Shown here in pieces: positions 1-12,530 of a stretch of DNA of 64,000 bases (the first letter of the stretch is position 1; each line of letters opens with the position of its first letter). The notes beneath the pieces are model-generated. The model did no database searches. It was given only the letters and a program-made list of their open reading frames with translations, and was not told where the DNA came from. The position numbers and the translations under genes were made by a program. Origin of the DNA: Podarcis vaucheri (taxonomy: Eukaryota). The stretch lies in assembly GCA_965113315.1 (NCBI GenBank), contig OZ220365.1; one strand, given 5' to 3'.

Positions 1-121
1 AAGTGGGATAACCATAATGGGCATCCTCAAAACAAAATACAGTTAACCCATTTTAGTTTTCAGCATCCATTTATTTTCCCCTCTGCTTGCCCTGCTGTAT
101 GAAGTTTCCACATTTTATCCT

Positions 122-275
122 AATGTCCCAGGTTCAGTCCCTGGCTCTGGGTAGAGTAAACGAAAAGCTCCTCCCTAAATCCCCAGAGGGCTACTGCCAG
201 TCAGTGTAGCCATATTGAATTGATCTAGGAAAGCCATGTGGTCTCATTTGGGATCAGGCAGATGCCTGCGTTCAT
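122..275 (+). mobile_element. Degenerate tRNA-derived squamate SINE fragment
   Basis: B-box-like GGTTCAGTCCC followed by CTGCCAGTCAGTGTAG. A related copy lies at about 36150-36290. Confidence 0.5.
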
Positions 276-289
276 TTAATGTGTGATAT

Positions 290-872
290 TTTACTAGGTT
301 TTTATATATGCTGTAAGCCGCCCAGAGTGGCCGGGAAAACCCATCCAGATGAGCAGGGTATAAATAATAAAATTATCATCATCATCATCAGTGTGCTCTA
401 CGTGGGGCTACCTTTGAAGGGGACCCGGAAACTACAACTAATCCAGAATGCAGCAGCTAGACTGGTGACTGGGAGTGGCTGCCAAGATCATATAACAATG
501 GTCCTGAAAGACCTACATTGGCTCCCAGTACGTTTCCGAGCACAATTCAAAGTGTTGGTGCTGACCGTTAAAGCCCTAAATGGCCTCTGCCCAGTATACC
601 TGAAGGAGCGTCTCTACCCCCCATTGTTCAGCCCGAACACTGAGGTCCAGCTCCAAGGGCTTTCTGGCGGTTCCCTCACTGCAAGAAGTAAGGTTACAGG
701 GAACCAGGCAGAGGGCCTTCTCGGTAGTGGCGCCAGCCCATCAGATGTCAAGGAAATAAACAACTATCTCACTTTTAGATGACACATGAAGGCAGCCCTG
801 TTTAGGACAGTTTTTAATGTTTGATGTTTTATCATGTTTTTAATATTCTGTTGGGTGGGGTATAAATAATAC
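290..872 (+). mobile_element. L2-clade LINE 3' fragments (short tail 290-390, then ORF2 C-terminus 391-872)
   Basis: Encodes YVGLPLK..RKLQLIQNAAARLVTG..LHWLPVRFRAQFKVLVLT.KALNG, typical of the L2 ORF2 C-terminus. Tails read GGGTATAAATAAT followed by (ATC/ATT)n. Confidence 0.85.
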
Positions 873-885
873 ATCATCATCATTA

Positions 886-919
<34 letters not shown>

Positions 920-932
920 CATCATCATCATC
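871..932. repeat. (ATT/ATC)n microsatellite
   Basis: Direct trinucleotide repeat at the L2 tail. Confidence 0.9.
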
Positions 933-1712
933 GCTATTTCTGGGCTCATGCCCAACTGAGCCACGATGCACCAGCAGAATAGATAACTATTTCATTGATG
1001 AGTAAAGACAATTACATTAGTCTATAAACTACCAATTTTATTTTTGTGAGGTCTGAATTATTGCTGGTCTCTCATACATGCATGTGTGAACATGGGCGTG
1101 TAGTACTTTGAACCCCCAAGAGTTAAGTCTTGTAGCTCAAATCTAAACTCTCAGCTATTAATTCTGTTGTCTGTGCACAATTCTATTAGAATCACAATAT
1201 GGTAACAATAAACAATATTATTTAGCAGGAACGGTTTGGGTGAACACTGCAGGGTAGCTGGAATGTACCAAATAGGCCACAGCAGGGAATGTCATGGTAT
1301 TTGACCCAGTGTGAATGCAGCTGTTTCTGTGATGGGTATAGGACTCCTGGCAAAGGCTTTGCGCGCTCTCACTCTCTGTTTTGGTCTGTTTCAAATAATT
1401 TTTTATATTACAAGAAAGAATGATAGAAAGGGCAATGGCTGTTGGCCTGATCTCTCTTTGTTTATCGGAATGGAAAGTTACAGAAACATTTCCCAAACAG
1501 TTCTGACCTCATTCCAGTTTATATGTATGTACAGAAAGTCACGAGGAGTGTAAATGTGAATTAGTACCATTTCTGTTGGATGCAGAGAACTGATAACGTT
1601 TATGGTCAATTAATATGTGAGAAGCTTATTAAGCCTTGTGAACTGCAGTTCTCACTGCAACTACTTCGACACTTTGTCCAGAGGGTCGGCCACAAGTCAG
1701 TGTGACCTTCAG

Positions 1713-2302
1713 CAGACCCTCCAAGTGACCCTATTTTCCAGGAATGGTCCTGGATTTACAGAAGCCATCCCAGTTTCTGATCCTAGAATGTCCCTCTTTT
1801 CCTTAGAACGTCCCTACTTTCATCAGAGAAGTGTTGGGGGGTATGGTAAAGGTAAAGGTAAAGGTACCCCTGCCCTTACGGGCCAGTCTTGACAGACTCT
1901 AGGGTTGTGCGCTCATCTCACTCTAGAGGCCGGGAGCCAGCGCTGTCCGCAGACACTTCCGGGTCACGTGGCCAGCGTGACAAGCTGCATCTGGCAAGCC
2001 AGCGCAGCACACGGAACGCCGTTTACCTTCCCGCTATTAAGCGGTCCCTATTTATCTACTTGCACCCCAGGGTGCTTTCGAACTGCTAGGTTGGCAGGCG
2101 CTGGGACCGAGCAACGGGAGCGCACCCCGCCGCGGGGATTTGAACCGCCGACCTTTCAATCGGCAAGTCCTAGACGCTGAGGCTTTAACCCACAGTGCCA
2201 CCCGCGTCCCGGGGGGGGGGTATGGTAGGACGTCCCTATTTTTGTTGGACAAATGTTGGAGAGGACACCTTTATTTTCACCAGAGAAATGTTGGAGGGTA
2301 TG
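1713..2302. mobile_element. Non-autonomous DNA transposon (hAT-like), interrupted by a Sauria SINE
   Basis: Terminal inverted repeats (TIRs) CAGACCCTCCAA...TTGGAGGGTATG and internal repeats (GTCCCTA, GAAATGTTGGAG). The TSD is degenerate. Confidence 0.6.
1849..2210 (-). mobile_element. Sauria SINE, full length
   Basis: Minus strand starts GGGACGCGGGTGGCACTGTGG and ends with an (ACCTTT)n tail. TSD GGGGGGTATGGTA. Confidence 0.92.
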
Positions 2303-3861
2303 CCTTAGCCTCCCCAAAGGGTTAGCCAACCCTAGGCTAGAGAAATCTATACAGGTCAGAATCAACCACAATATCAGCATGCTGGGCACCTGTGGAATGC
2401 TATTCCATTTAGCTTTTAAAAAGTCAGATTTTCAGAACTGGGAGGGGGAATTCTAGAAGCCGAACAAGGGGGGGGAGGGGGGAGGGTTTTTTGTTCATGA
2501 CATTGTACAGGTGGCCCATAAAAAGTGTGTGAACAAAGTACATGCGCAGCAACTGAATCAAGCTGAAGGGCTGCACCACCATTCATAAAAAGTAAAGGTG
2601 TGGGAAACCACATAGATGCAGCGTTCATATTTTAATATTTTCAAGTATAAAATATCTGAACAAATAAGGAATGATATTTGATAAATCCCAGTGCGTTTTG
2701 AGTATCACACTTCTTCAGCTGAGGAAGAAGGCTTGGCCAGGATCCAACCCATTATATTTAGCAGGGACAGTTTGGGTGAACACCGCAGGGAAGCTGGAAA
2801 GTACCAAAGAGGCCACAGCAGGAAATGTCATGGTATTCGACCCACGGCAAATGCAGCTAGTTCTGAGATGGGTCTTTTGTTGGCTAAGCCATTGCTCCTT
2901 CTTTGTCTGTTTGAAATGTTGTTATTATTTTAATTCTAGAAGCCCAAAAGAGTGATGGAAGGGGTAACTGGCATGAGTTCTTGGTGTATATTGGAACAGT
3001 AAGCAAAAAAAAAAAAAAGTTTCTCAGCCAGCCCAAAAGTAGACTCATTTCTATCTCATTTCAGTTTTTATGTTTTCTGGAAAGTAAGCTTTAGTGAAAT
3101 CCATATGAGGAATATAAATATTAATTATTGGTGTGTGCATTGAATTCAGAAAACTTAAACCTTGCAAGTTATGGCTAGTTAACGTATGAAAAGATGAGGT
3201 CCATGAAAAAAAAGGGGGGATAGTCAGGTTTCATATCAGGGATGTTGATTTATTGAGAAAAGAAGAAGCACTAAGTTAGACAAACTCCAAACTCCTTCAA
3301 CCTGCTACGCCTACTACCTCCCAATGAATGACCCTCCGGAACATTAGGGAAAGTGATGAGGGGTGGGGTTGCATCAGCATCATTTTTTTCCCCTTTCCTC
3401 AAAAAACATCATGCTCAAAGCAGCTTGAAACAAAGAAACAAAGAATACATCTCAAGATCAACCATCGCAAGAACCATTTCATAATGGCTTGCTGAAACTG
3501 CAACATAACAGCAAATATAACATCCAAAAACAACATTTCAGTACTATAAATATAACAAGATTACACTGGCAACATTATACCTCCTGGCAACAGAAAAATA
3601 ACAAGGGAGCTTGACACCTTGCTTTCGTCTTGGTCCTGGAAACACCTGTCCCTTGATGTTGCTCACAGTCCTTCTCCAGCAGCAGCTTCTTAGAAGACTT
3701 CCAAAAGCAGGGGGTGGGGTAGCTGGGAACACCCCTCCAACGATGTTGCAGGAAGAAGGAGGAATCTGCAGGAAATCATCTTTCCCCTCCTTCCTCCAGC
3801 AGCAGCCTTCGCTGCATCTCAATCCCTTCGGTGAATGCAAAGAGCTGTTCATAATAATATA

Positions 3862-4275
3862 ATGATGATGATGATGATGATGATGATAATAATAATAATA
3901 ATAATTTATGCTCCGCCCACTCTGGGCAGCTTCCCAAAAAATATTAAAATACTGTGTTACATCAAACATTAAAAGCTTCCCTAAAGAGGGCTGCCTTCAG
4001 ATGTCTTCTAAAAAGTCTGGTAGTTGTTGTTCTCTTTGACATCTGGTGGGAGGGCGTTCCACAGGGCGGGTGCCACTACCGAGAAGGCCCTCTGCCTGGT
4101 TCCCTGTAACTTGGCTTCTTGCAGTGAGGGAACTGCCAGAAGGCCCTCGGTGCTGGACCTCAGTGTCCGGGTAGAACTATGGGGGTGGAGACGCTCCTTT
4201 AGATATACTGGATCGAAGCCGTTTAGGGCTTTAAAGGTCAGCACCAACACTTTGAATTGTGCTTGGAAACGTACT
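3862..4275 (-). mobile_element. L2-clade LINE 3' fragment with (ATC/ATT)n tail
   Basis: ORF 4008-4250 VLTFKALNGFDPVYLKERL..RAFSVVAPALWNALP, homologous to the copy at 391-872. Confidence 0.88.
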
Positions 4276-4645
4276 GTTTCAGTTTTGCCGAAGACGAGCC
4301 TGATACCAGCCCGTTGTCTTTGAGGAGGTGTCGGATAATAGGCAAATCTTGTCTTGAATTGTTTTGTTCTTCAATGGCCGTTTTACACATGTGGGTCCCC
4401 ACTTAGTACTGCAGTCATTGGCAAAGAAGCATGTTTGAGCTCATCTCTCCAGCTCGGCCTGATGAGTACATAATAATAGATAACTCTTTACTGGCAAGTA
4501 GCAATAAAAAAGTTGATAATATACATGCATTTGTAACATGAATTCTTCTTCACTTGACTGTGGGTTACGTCCCAAGCTTTGAATTGTGTGAGATCTGAAT
4601 TTTTGGCCCATCTCATATTTTGAACCAATGCAAGTTAAAAACATA

Positions 4646-4792
4646 AGAAGAATAGAATTGTAGAGTTGGAAGGGACTTTGAGGATGATCTGCTCGAAGCC
4701 TCCAATGCAGGAATATGTAGCTGCCCCATTCGGGGATCGAACCTGCAGCCTTGGCATGATCAGCACCACGCTCTAACCAACTGAGCTATCCA
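4646..4792 (-). mobile_element. tRNA-Ile-derived SINE with CR1-type 3' tail
   Basis: Minus strand GGATAGCTCAGTTGGTTAGAGCGTGGTGCTGATCATGCCAAGGCTGCAGGTTCGATCCCC (tRNA-Ile-like A and B boxes), followed by the CR1-like end CCCTTCCAACTCTACAATTCTATTCT. Confidence 0.8.
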
Positions 4793-5228
4793 GAACACTG
4801 CTGCATCACACCAAAGGCCCATCTAGTGCAAGCAGACGGTGGTGGAAGCCAGCCTGAAAGCAGGCCTTGAGCACAACAACGCCCTCCCCATTTTCGGTTC
4901 CCCAGCAACTAGTGTCCAGAGACTTACTGCTTCCAACAGAGCAGCTCGTAGCCTTTGAATCTCCATTAATTTCTCTAAACTCACGTATGCTTGTAAAAGT
5001 CTTTCGTAGATTAGGTTCAATTCCAAAGACATCCACCTGAAAGTGTGTTTAGGATTGCAGCCTTAGCTTGTATTTGGAATATAATAATGCTGTAGTTAAA
5101 TCAACTGCAATTCACTGTTTGTGTAACTTTACTCATCAGTCTGAGAAATGACCCTTCTTTACTTTGATTTTTTTTAATTTTACACGTAAATGAAAGGAAC
5201 TTGACATTACCTTCAAATGTCAAAGCAG

Positions 5229-5850
5229 TAGAATCATAGAATCATAGAGTTGGAAGAGACCACAAGGGCCATCGAGTCCAACCGCCTGCCAAGCAGGAAA
5301 CACCATCAGAGCACTCCTGACATATGGTTGTCAAGCCTCTGCTTAAAGACCTCCAAAGTAGGAGACTCCACCACACTCCTTGGCAGCAAATTCCACTGTC
5401 GAACAGCTCTTACTGTCAGGAAGTTCTTCCTAATGTTTAGGTGGAATCTTCTTTCTTGTAGTTTGGATCCATTGCTCCATGTCCGCTTCTCTGGAGCAGC
5501 AGAAAACAACCTTTCTCCCTCCTCTATGTGACATCCTTTTATATATTTGAACATGGCTATCATATCACCCCTTAACCTCCTCTTCTCCAGGCTAAACATG
5601 CCCAGCTCCCTTAGCCGTTCCTCATAAGGCATCGTTTCCAGGCCTTTGACCATTTTGGTTGCCCTCCTCTGGACACGTTCCTTCTTGAACTGTGGTGCCC
5701 AAAACTGGACACAGTACTCCAGGTGAGGTCTGACCAGAGCAGAATACAGTGGCACTATTACTTCCCTTGATCTAGATGCTATACTCCTATTGATGAGGCC
5801 CAGAATTGCATTGGCATTTTTAGCTCCCGCGTCACACTGTTGGCTCATGT
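5229..5850 (-). mobile_element. CR1 LINE, 5'-truncated
   Basis: ORF 5306-5947 contains [41 protein letters not shown] (CR1 ORF2 C-terminus). The tail is (ATTCTATG)n. Confidence 0.95.
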
Positions 5851-7344
5851 ATGCGTTAAAGCTTCTGATACAAAATGTGTGAATATGAGTGTTTATCTTT
5901 TGGGTCGAATCCTGGTTCCTTGGTTCTTTTAATAGCCTATATTCCACAATTTACTGCTGCTTTAGATAAACAGCTGGAGAAACAGACCTTCAGAGCTTAC
6001 TATTTATAGTTGTCTTAAATCTTACAAGAGAAAAACCGTAGTTCATTAGTGTTAGGCAGCTGTTTAGGAATCTTTATTGGCTCTTCCTTATCATTCATTT
6101 ATAGTAGTATATCTAGCAATAAAAATGATCATAAATCTGCTTTGAATATTATGCGGACAAAATTGATTTCCCCCCCCCTTAAGATGTTAGTACTGTTTTA
6201 TATGGAAGGGAGGACTGCTGAATATTTAGACTAGAAATCTGCCTCACGCTATAAATGTTCGCATATCTGTTGGACACTCACAAGTTTTGAATGGACAGAA
6301 TTTCAGCTGTGAGTCTCTAGAGAATTTTCCCCCAGAAACTTATATGTTAAAATTCTAGACGCAAAGCTAACTTGCACTCCTTGTTCTACACACGAAGGGG
6401 GTTATTCTGTGGCAATTAATTATTCCTGTTGTTTCTGCAAGGTGCACGGAGATGTTTTCCAGCCCAAGACAGGAAGAACATTCAACAAATGCCTCTTCTC
6501 ACTCATTGGCGATAAACAATGCAATAATGATAATGAATTTGCTGCCTCCTTCTGCCCAGCGGTGTTCTAATGTCCTATGTGAAGAGACATGTGCACAAAC
6601 CAATAACAGCGCTCTTTATTTCTTCCCAAAGAGTATATAGCCCTATCTATATGCAGTTATTATTATCATTAATTTAATTTCTTGAGTCTGCCCTACACCC
6701 TGAGGTCCCAGGGCAGCTTACAACAAATTAAAATACAAAGAATTCCATTTCTAAGTCTGCTCATATAAGGTCTGCTACCTATCAGTTTCAGGCAGTGACA
6801 AATTTTGTGTTCTTAGCTGATTATTTTCCCTCCCCCATTTCCTAACATGCATCCCACCCATAGTTAGCTAGTATGAGGACCACTCATTTTCATTTGCTTG
6901 CCTTTTCACGGCTCCCGGCATTTGCAGGAAGCAGATTTATCTTTCCGTTTGGCATGCTTATTAACATGGACAGGATTCCTGTGCCTGGCAGGGGCTTTGC
7001 CTAATAAACAAGGGAGCAGCTCTTGGGTGTGTTCAGCACATATCTCCTCTGCATTGTGGGGCATGTGGAGACGTGGATCAGCCCAGTCCATTCAAATGAA
7101 TGGGCAAGCCATTTGTGCTTGAAACAGTAAATTGGATTTGATAAAAACAGTACAGGGGGCAGTCCTTTTGCATGCATCAATTGGCGCATGGCCGCTGACG
7201 TGTAGGTCCTTTTGGACCTGGAAGAGGGTGGAATGGAGGGGGCGAAATGGGGTGGAACTGGGGCAAAGCATGCTTGTGCGCACTCTGTCGACATGTGTGA
7301 GGGCCAGGAACGGAACCCCCAGTCAAAATGGCTCTCGGCCTATA

Positions 7345-7604
7345 CAGTGGTACCTCTGGTAGCGAATGGGATCCGTTCCGGAGGCCCATTCGCAACATGA
7401 AAAGAGTGCGACCCGCAGCAGCGCGTCTGCGCACGCGCGGGTTGCTGTTCTCCACTTCTGCACATGTGCGTGATGTCATTTTGTGCTTCTGCGCATGCGT
7501 GAGCGGCAAAACCTGGAAGTAACCCTTTCCGGTACTTCCGGGTCGCCGCGGGACGTAACCTGAAAGAACATAACATGAAGCGGACATAACATGAGGTATG
7601 ACTG
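7345..7604. mobile_element. Tc1/mariner (Tigger-like) MITE, type A
   Basis: TA|CAGTGGTACCTC...GAGGTATGACTG|TA; related to 55555-55792. Confidence 0.8.
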
Positions 7605-7606
7605 TA

Positions 7607-7832
7607 CAGTGGTACCTCGGGTTAAGAACTTAATTCATTCTGGAGGTCTGTTCTTAACCTGAAACTGTTCTTAACCTGGGGTACCACTTTAGCTAATGGG
7701 GCCTCCCGCTGCCACTGCGCCACCAGAGCATGAGTTCTGTTCACATCCTGAAGCAAAGTTCTTAACCCGAGGTATTATTTCTGGGTTAGCAGAGTCTGTA
7801 ACCTGAAGCATCTGTAACCTGAGGTACCGCTG
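7607..7832 (+). mobile_element. Tc1/mariner (Tigger-like) MITE, type B
   Basis: TA|CAGTGGTACCTC...GAGGTACCGCTG|TA with TAACCTGA subterminal repeats; 8 copies in the window. Confidence 0.88.
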
Positions 7833-10800
7833 TACTAGTTTCGCCATATTTTGAAAAGCTTCTACTTTTAGCTATAGATCTCTAGGACGACTCTCATTCT
7901 ACACACCCATGAAAAAGAGAACATGTCCTGCAAAAAAAGGACATATGGCAAACCAAACTAGCTCAAACAGTGTAACATTCACTCAAATTCAGATGCTTGA
8001 AGGTTCCAATGCTACAGACACATATCTTAAAGTACACCTTTGTCAGTGTCCCTACAGTGGGACTTGCTTCTTAATAAATACGTGTAGGGCGATTGCTTTT
8101 ATAGCCAATTATTTTATTTTATTTTCCCCTGCTGTGTTATCATTTGACTTCAGAAAAACACATATTTAAACACACATTTAAACCAGCAGTGTTTTGGTTC
8201 CTGAATGTGGTAGATTGTAAAATTCAAAACAAAGATATTTGCACATGCTTCCTTGCTTTATGTTTTCAGGTGTTATCTTTCCAAAAAAAGTTAGATTGCT
8301 GGGCTTGATATCTTCTTCTTTCATCTATTGATGGTAGGGAAGTGTGTGAGAAAGCTGCTTCTCAGAGAGAAAAAGCTTGTGATCCCTAAAACCACCCATC
8401 TCGCCTTACTCCTGAAAGGGATGCAAAGATCTTGCGTTGTACTAGATCACCTATTAGGAGTGTTCGCGTGTTACATTCAACAATAGTTGAACTGTACAAA
8501 TCAACAAGTATGCACTCTTTCACACAAAATGTGAACATTTGTAGAAATGAGTGCAACATGTGAATAAGCTGGTGGTTTTGTAGCAGTAGCGGTTGCAATT
8601 GCATTCCCTGTAGCTTTGCTTTTAAAAGAATGTGCCCCCTAAAAGGAAAGTGACAATTTGTTCATACATAATGATTGCAATGTTATTTTTTTAATATACT
8701 CTACCTTGTATCCCTCCCCCTGCCCAGTTTCTGGTTAAAATGACTGACTATAGATCACTCACTCTCTTCCCTTTGGACTCTTCCACTCATCCTCTCAGTA
8801 TGTTGTTTGTTTCCCCCATGCACCCCCTTTCCTTTCCTTCCTTCCCCTCTGTCTATTGTTTCCCACCTGCTGTGATTTACATCGGTTTGTGTCCCGTGGT
8901 ATCCTACTGCTGATGCAAGCTTATTTCATTGAGTGGAGGCTTCCATCAGTGGAACAGGGAAGGCTGTGATTTTTGCCAATCTACCCTCCACCTGCCACTA
9001 ATGCTTTCCCAAAGGGCCATCAAACCCTCTGAAATGGTGGTGCAGAGGGAGAAGGAATCAAACGAAAATCACCTCCATCCCTGTGTATGGGTTCCCCCTC
9101 CCTCGGTCTTGTTAAGTTTTTTGATGGTGTGAGAACAGTCTTTAATGTCCTGAGAATGTTGGGAGGAGGCAAAGCCCCCCCCCCCAGCTCCCTTAATCAG
9201 TTGTGGAGGAGAATACTGGTTACCTTCTTTGATTGTTTTGAGAAAGTGGGGCATTGGGAGGGGGGTGGCTAATGGATGATCTGCACGTCGCCAGTCTTGG
9301 AAGCCACACTGGCTATCTATAAAATCGGACGGTTTGGGCAGAGTTTCTTTGAGGCTCACGCACAGACTGATCGGCCGCAGGGCCATGCAAACTGAGGCTA
9401 CCTGGGGGAGTCGCTTTGCTGCTTCTTGAGGGCTTGCTTCAATCTTCTCACTCGCTTGTGTATTTTATATCGCTTCTGAACCACCATGCCTTTGGCAAGA
9501 CACCCCGGTCTGTTGATGGAGACCCCTGCTGCCTCTAAGAGCTTCCTATCAACAGGTTGCTAAAGGCTTTTGTCAACATGTGATGAAAGATACCCCTTGG
9601 AGCAAAGACCAGTATATGGCCTACTCAGTTCTGTAAGTCGGTGTATCGCATTTCTGGTGCTGTATAATAAACGGTGTTATGAAGTGTTCTGGGAGCATCT
9701 CTGCCTACCTAAAACAGAGGTAGCCTATGCCATTGCCTCCAGTGTTGTGGAATGCTGTCACCCACCATGACTAATGCTCAGGGATGATAGGAGTTAAAGT
9801 TCACAACATCTGCAGGGCGCCATGTTGGCTACACCTATTCTAGACCTTCCATATGGCAAAAGTCATTTTCTCTTCAAATTCAATAAGAGAATTCACCAGT
9901 GCAGTGTTCTTTCAGATGTTTGCTACGTCTGTGATGAATGATGCTTGTTTTTCTGGGCTCTTTAATTAGAGTGTTTCTACATTTGCCAAAGAAAATGTTG
10001 GAAGGCAGACAAAAACTGAAAATTATTGATGTAATAGCTTATTTGTAAAGGAAACTGAACTTGTTTGGTATTTTATTGAAACAGGAAGTTCAGCAATCCG
10101 TCCGCAGGACTAACAAAAAATTCTCAGGTGCTGCTTGAGTCATCTGTTGTTGAGCGTAATCACATTCTCCCCTGATTTGCTTTTAAAGTTCAGTGCAGTT
10201 TTTTAAGGAAGGAAATTAAGCGTGGATTTGTAAATCTGTCTTCTAAGAGCTGCCAGCTGAAATAATTCGGCACTGTAAGCACCATGTTGTATGGATTTCT
10301 GCTAGACCTTTCTGTTTTAATACATGCCAGGATTCTACAGGTTTTCAAGTTTTTTTGGGGGGGGGGGTGGAATTGCAAAGAATGCAAGGATTGGCTTTAA
10401 ACTAGACGTCGAACTTGAAGTTTGAAGCTGGTTCTTAATCCTTTGCCAAAACTCATGTTTATTCATGTTGACCTTGATGCCATTGTTTCCCAACAGCCTC
10501 CAGTATTGAAAGACCTGCTCTCATTCGTTGCATGTTACTGTAGATGTAGTTTTAGCAAGAACATCTTTATTCAGAGAAGTAGCTGAATGACTTCAGCCTT
10601 AGCTTTGAATCTGAAAACTTAAGGAAGGTGAACCTATAGTGGCTAAGGCCATCCTAAAGCATGAAAAAGTGGGGTATGGAGGTTTTTAAAAAGTTATTTG
10701 TAGATTCCCAAGAGGATGGTGTTCCCTTCCCATCACTTATTCTAACATTTGCAGCACAAATGATGCCTGAAATAAAAAGAAAATGTTTGGCACACTATGA

Positions 10801-11845
10801 GGTACTGTTACGCGTCTTAATGGCATCTCAGCTAAAATTAAAGAATAAAGAATGTACCCGGACTGTGCTTTTAATAATTGTAGTTTGTTTTAGATAGAAC
10901 AGAAGGTCTAGCATAATGCGTATTTTTGGTTAATAAAACAAAGCGCAGCTCTTAATGTAGTATTCCATTTATGATGAACTTTGGGAAAGAAATCTTTGGG
11001 GAGCATGTTTGCCAGGCTTTCGCTTTCAGCAAACTCTCTGATAACTGTTATTATTGGAATAAAGCTCTTTCAGTTTCAGTGCCCCACAGTAATAAACAAA
11101 CATACAAATATTGTGCGGTAAGGCAACACTGAAAAGACAAACAAAAAAAGAGGTTTCTTCATTAGAGAGAAGCTCCCTCGCAATCACCATACGAATTCTG
11201 AATTCATATATAGCTTTTAGAAAATCACTTTCAACTAGAATATAGGCACACGTACTTCCTTCTGGTAGAAATTGTATTGCTATGCAGGAAAAAGTGATTC
11301 AGACATTTTCAATATGAAATTGAAAATTTGCCAGACAATAGATTCATCTGCCAAACACTTTCGCAGAGTGTTCCCACTGGAAGGTTGTATTTCAGACAAT
11401 TATCGAAATTAACTTTTCTTATCATTGCGTGAGAGTATTAAGGCTTATCTTGCAACATGCAGTGGAAAGGCACATTTTAGTTAAATTGTCCATGCTCTAG
11501 TTTGTTCTCCCTCCCCTTTCTTCTAGGGCATGGAACATACTTGAATGATACAAACAAAGAGAGGCAATAACTAAGGGGGAAATACACTTAATATAGCACA
11601 TTAGTTTTCAACTGGGAATGGACAAATGGTGGAACAGCACTCTTGTCTTCCCTTAATTTCTTATTTGTGAATTTAGCCTGTATACACCATGACTCAAGAC
11701 TTTATTAAGTATTATAATGGATGCTGAAGTAATCTCACAGCTTTACATTCTAGAACTGTAATATGTGAGTTACTTAATATGATCTGGATGTGCAAGAGAG
11801 TGGCGGGCCTTTTTGAAAGAACCTGTAAAAGGGTAAAAAGAGTAT

Positions 11846-11995
11846 TGTTATGTACTGAAGTTCTCACCCTGGGCCAGCAGGGGGATACTGTAGATAGTTT
11901 TCACTCAGGTCCGCATATGCAAATAAGGAATTGAAAGTGACGTTCAGTGATTGGATAGTTACAGAAAGTTGTTACTGTTGCTTTTGTAGTGTAGC
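11846..11995 (+). mobile_element. Probable LTR 5' fragment
   Basis: Starts TGTTATGTACTG (LTR-like TG start), contains ATGCAAAT and ATTGG motifs, and ends abruptly at an L1 fragment. Confidence 0.4.
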
Positions 11996-11996
11996 T

Positions 11997-12530
11997 ACAA
12001 TTTCAATGAATTGAAAAAAATGTTTAAAAGCACCTTTCCAAAAACAAAAACAAAAAACCAGAGTCCTTTTTATTGGTGATAACTCAGATGGAAATTCCCA
12101 GGTGTCAAAAAAGGTTATTTATGTATGCCCCTATGGTGGGCCATGTTTTCTTAGCCCTAGAATGGAAAATGAGCGAGGTCCCAACCAAAGAAGAATGGCA
12201 ACTTAAACTGATGAAATACGTGCAGCTTGCAGATCTAACTTATAGAATAAGAGAACAAGAAGAACATTTGTTTAAAGAATATAGGAAAATGTTTATTGAA
12301 TATATGGGGGGAAATTGTGTACATTCGAAAACGTGGGCAGCATTAAGATAAATTCAACAGTGTAAATAGGTTTTGATGGAATACTGAATGGTTTAGTTTA
12401 TATAAAATGTGCAGGGATTTATGCAATGCAAAATGAACCATGGAAAGAGAAGAAGGGGAGTCACTGATGCTTTAAGGTTGTTAAAATGAATACTCTAAAT
12501 TGTAAAACAGAAAATTTAATGAAAATTATA
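11997..12530 (+). mobile_element. L1-clade LINE 3' fragment
   Basis: Encodes ELKKMFKSTFP..KKPESFLL..LFMYA..W..EVPTKEEWQLKLMKY.QLA, homologous to the L1 ORF2 C-termini at 33484 and 42062; A-rich and (CA)n tail. Confidence 0.8.

Noticed and set aside
2671-2955. ORF containing AGTVWVNT, reminiscent of aldehyde dehydrogenases
   Set aside because: Similarity is limited to about 8 residues, and the duplicate at 1221-1337 has two in-frame TAG stops in this frame.
4720-4792. Possible tRNA-Ile gene
   Set aside because: The acceptor stem is disrupted and the sequence continues into a CR1-type tail, so it is a SINE head.
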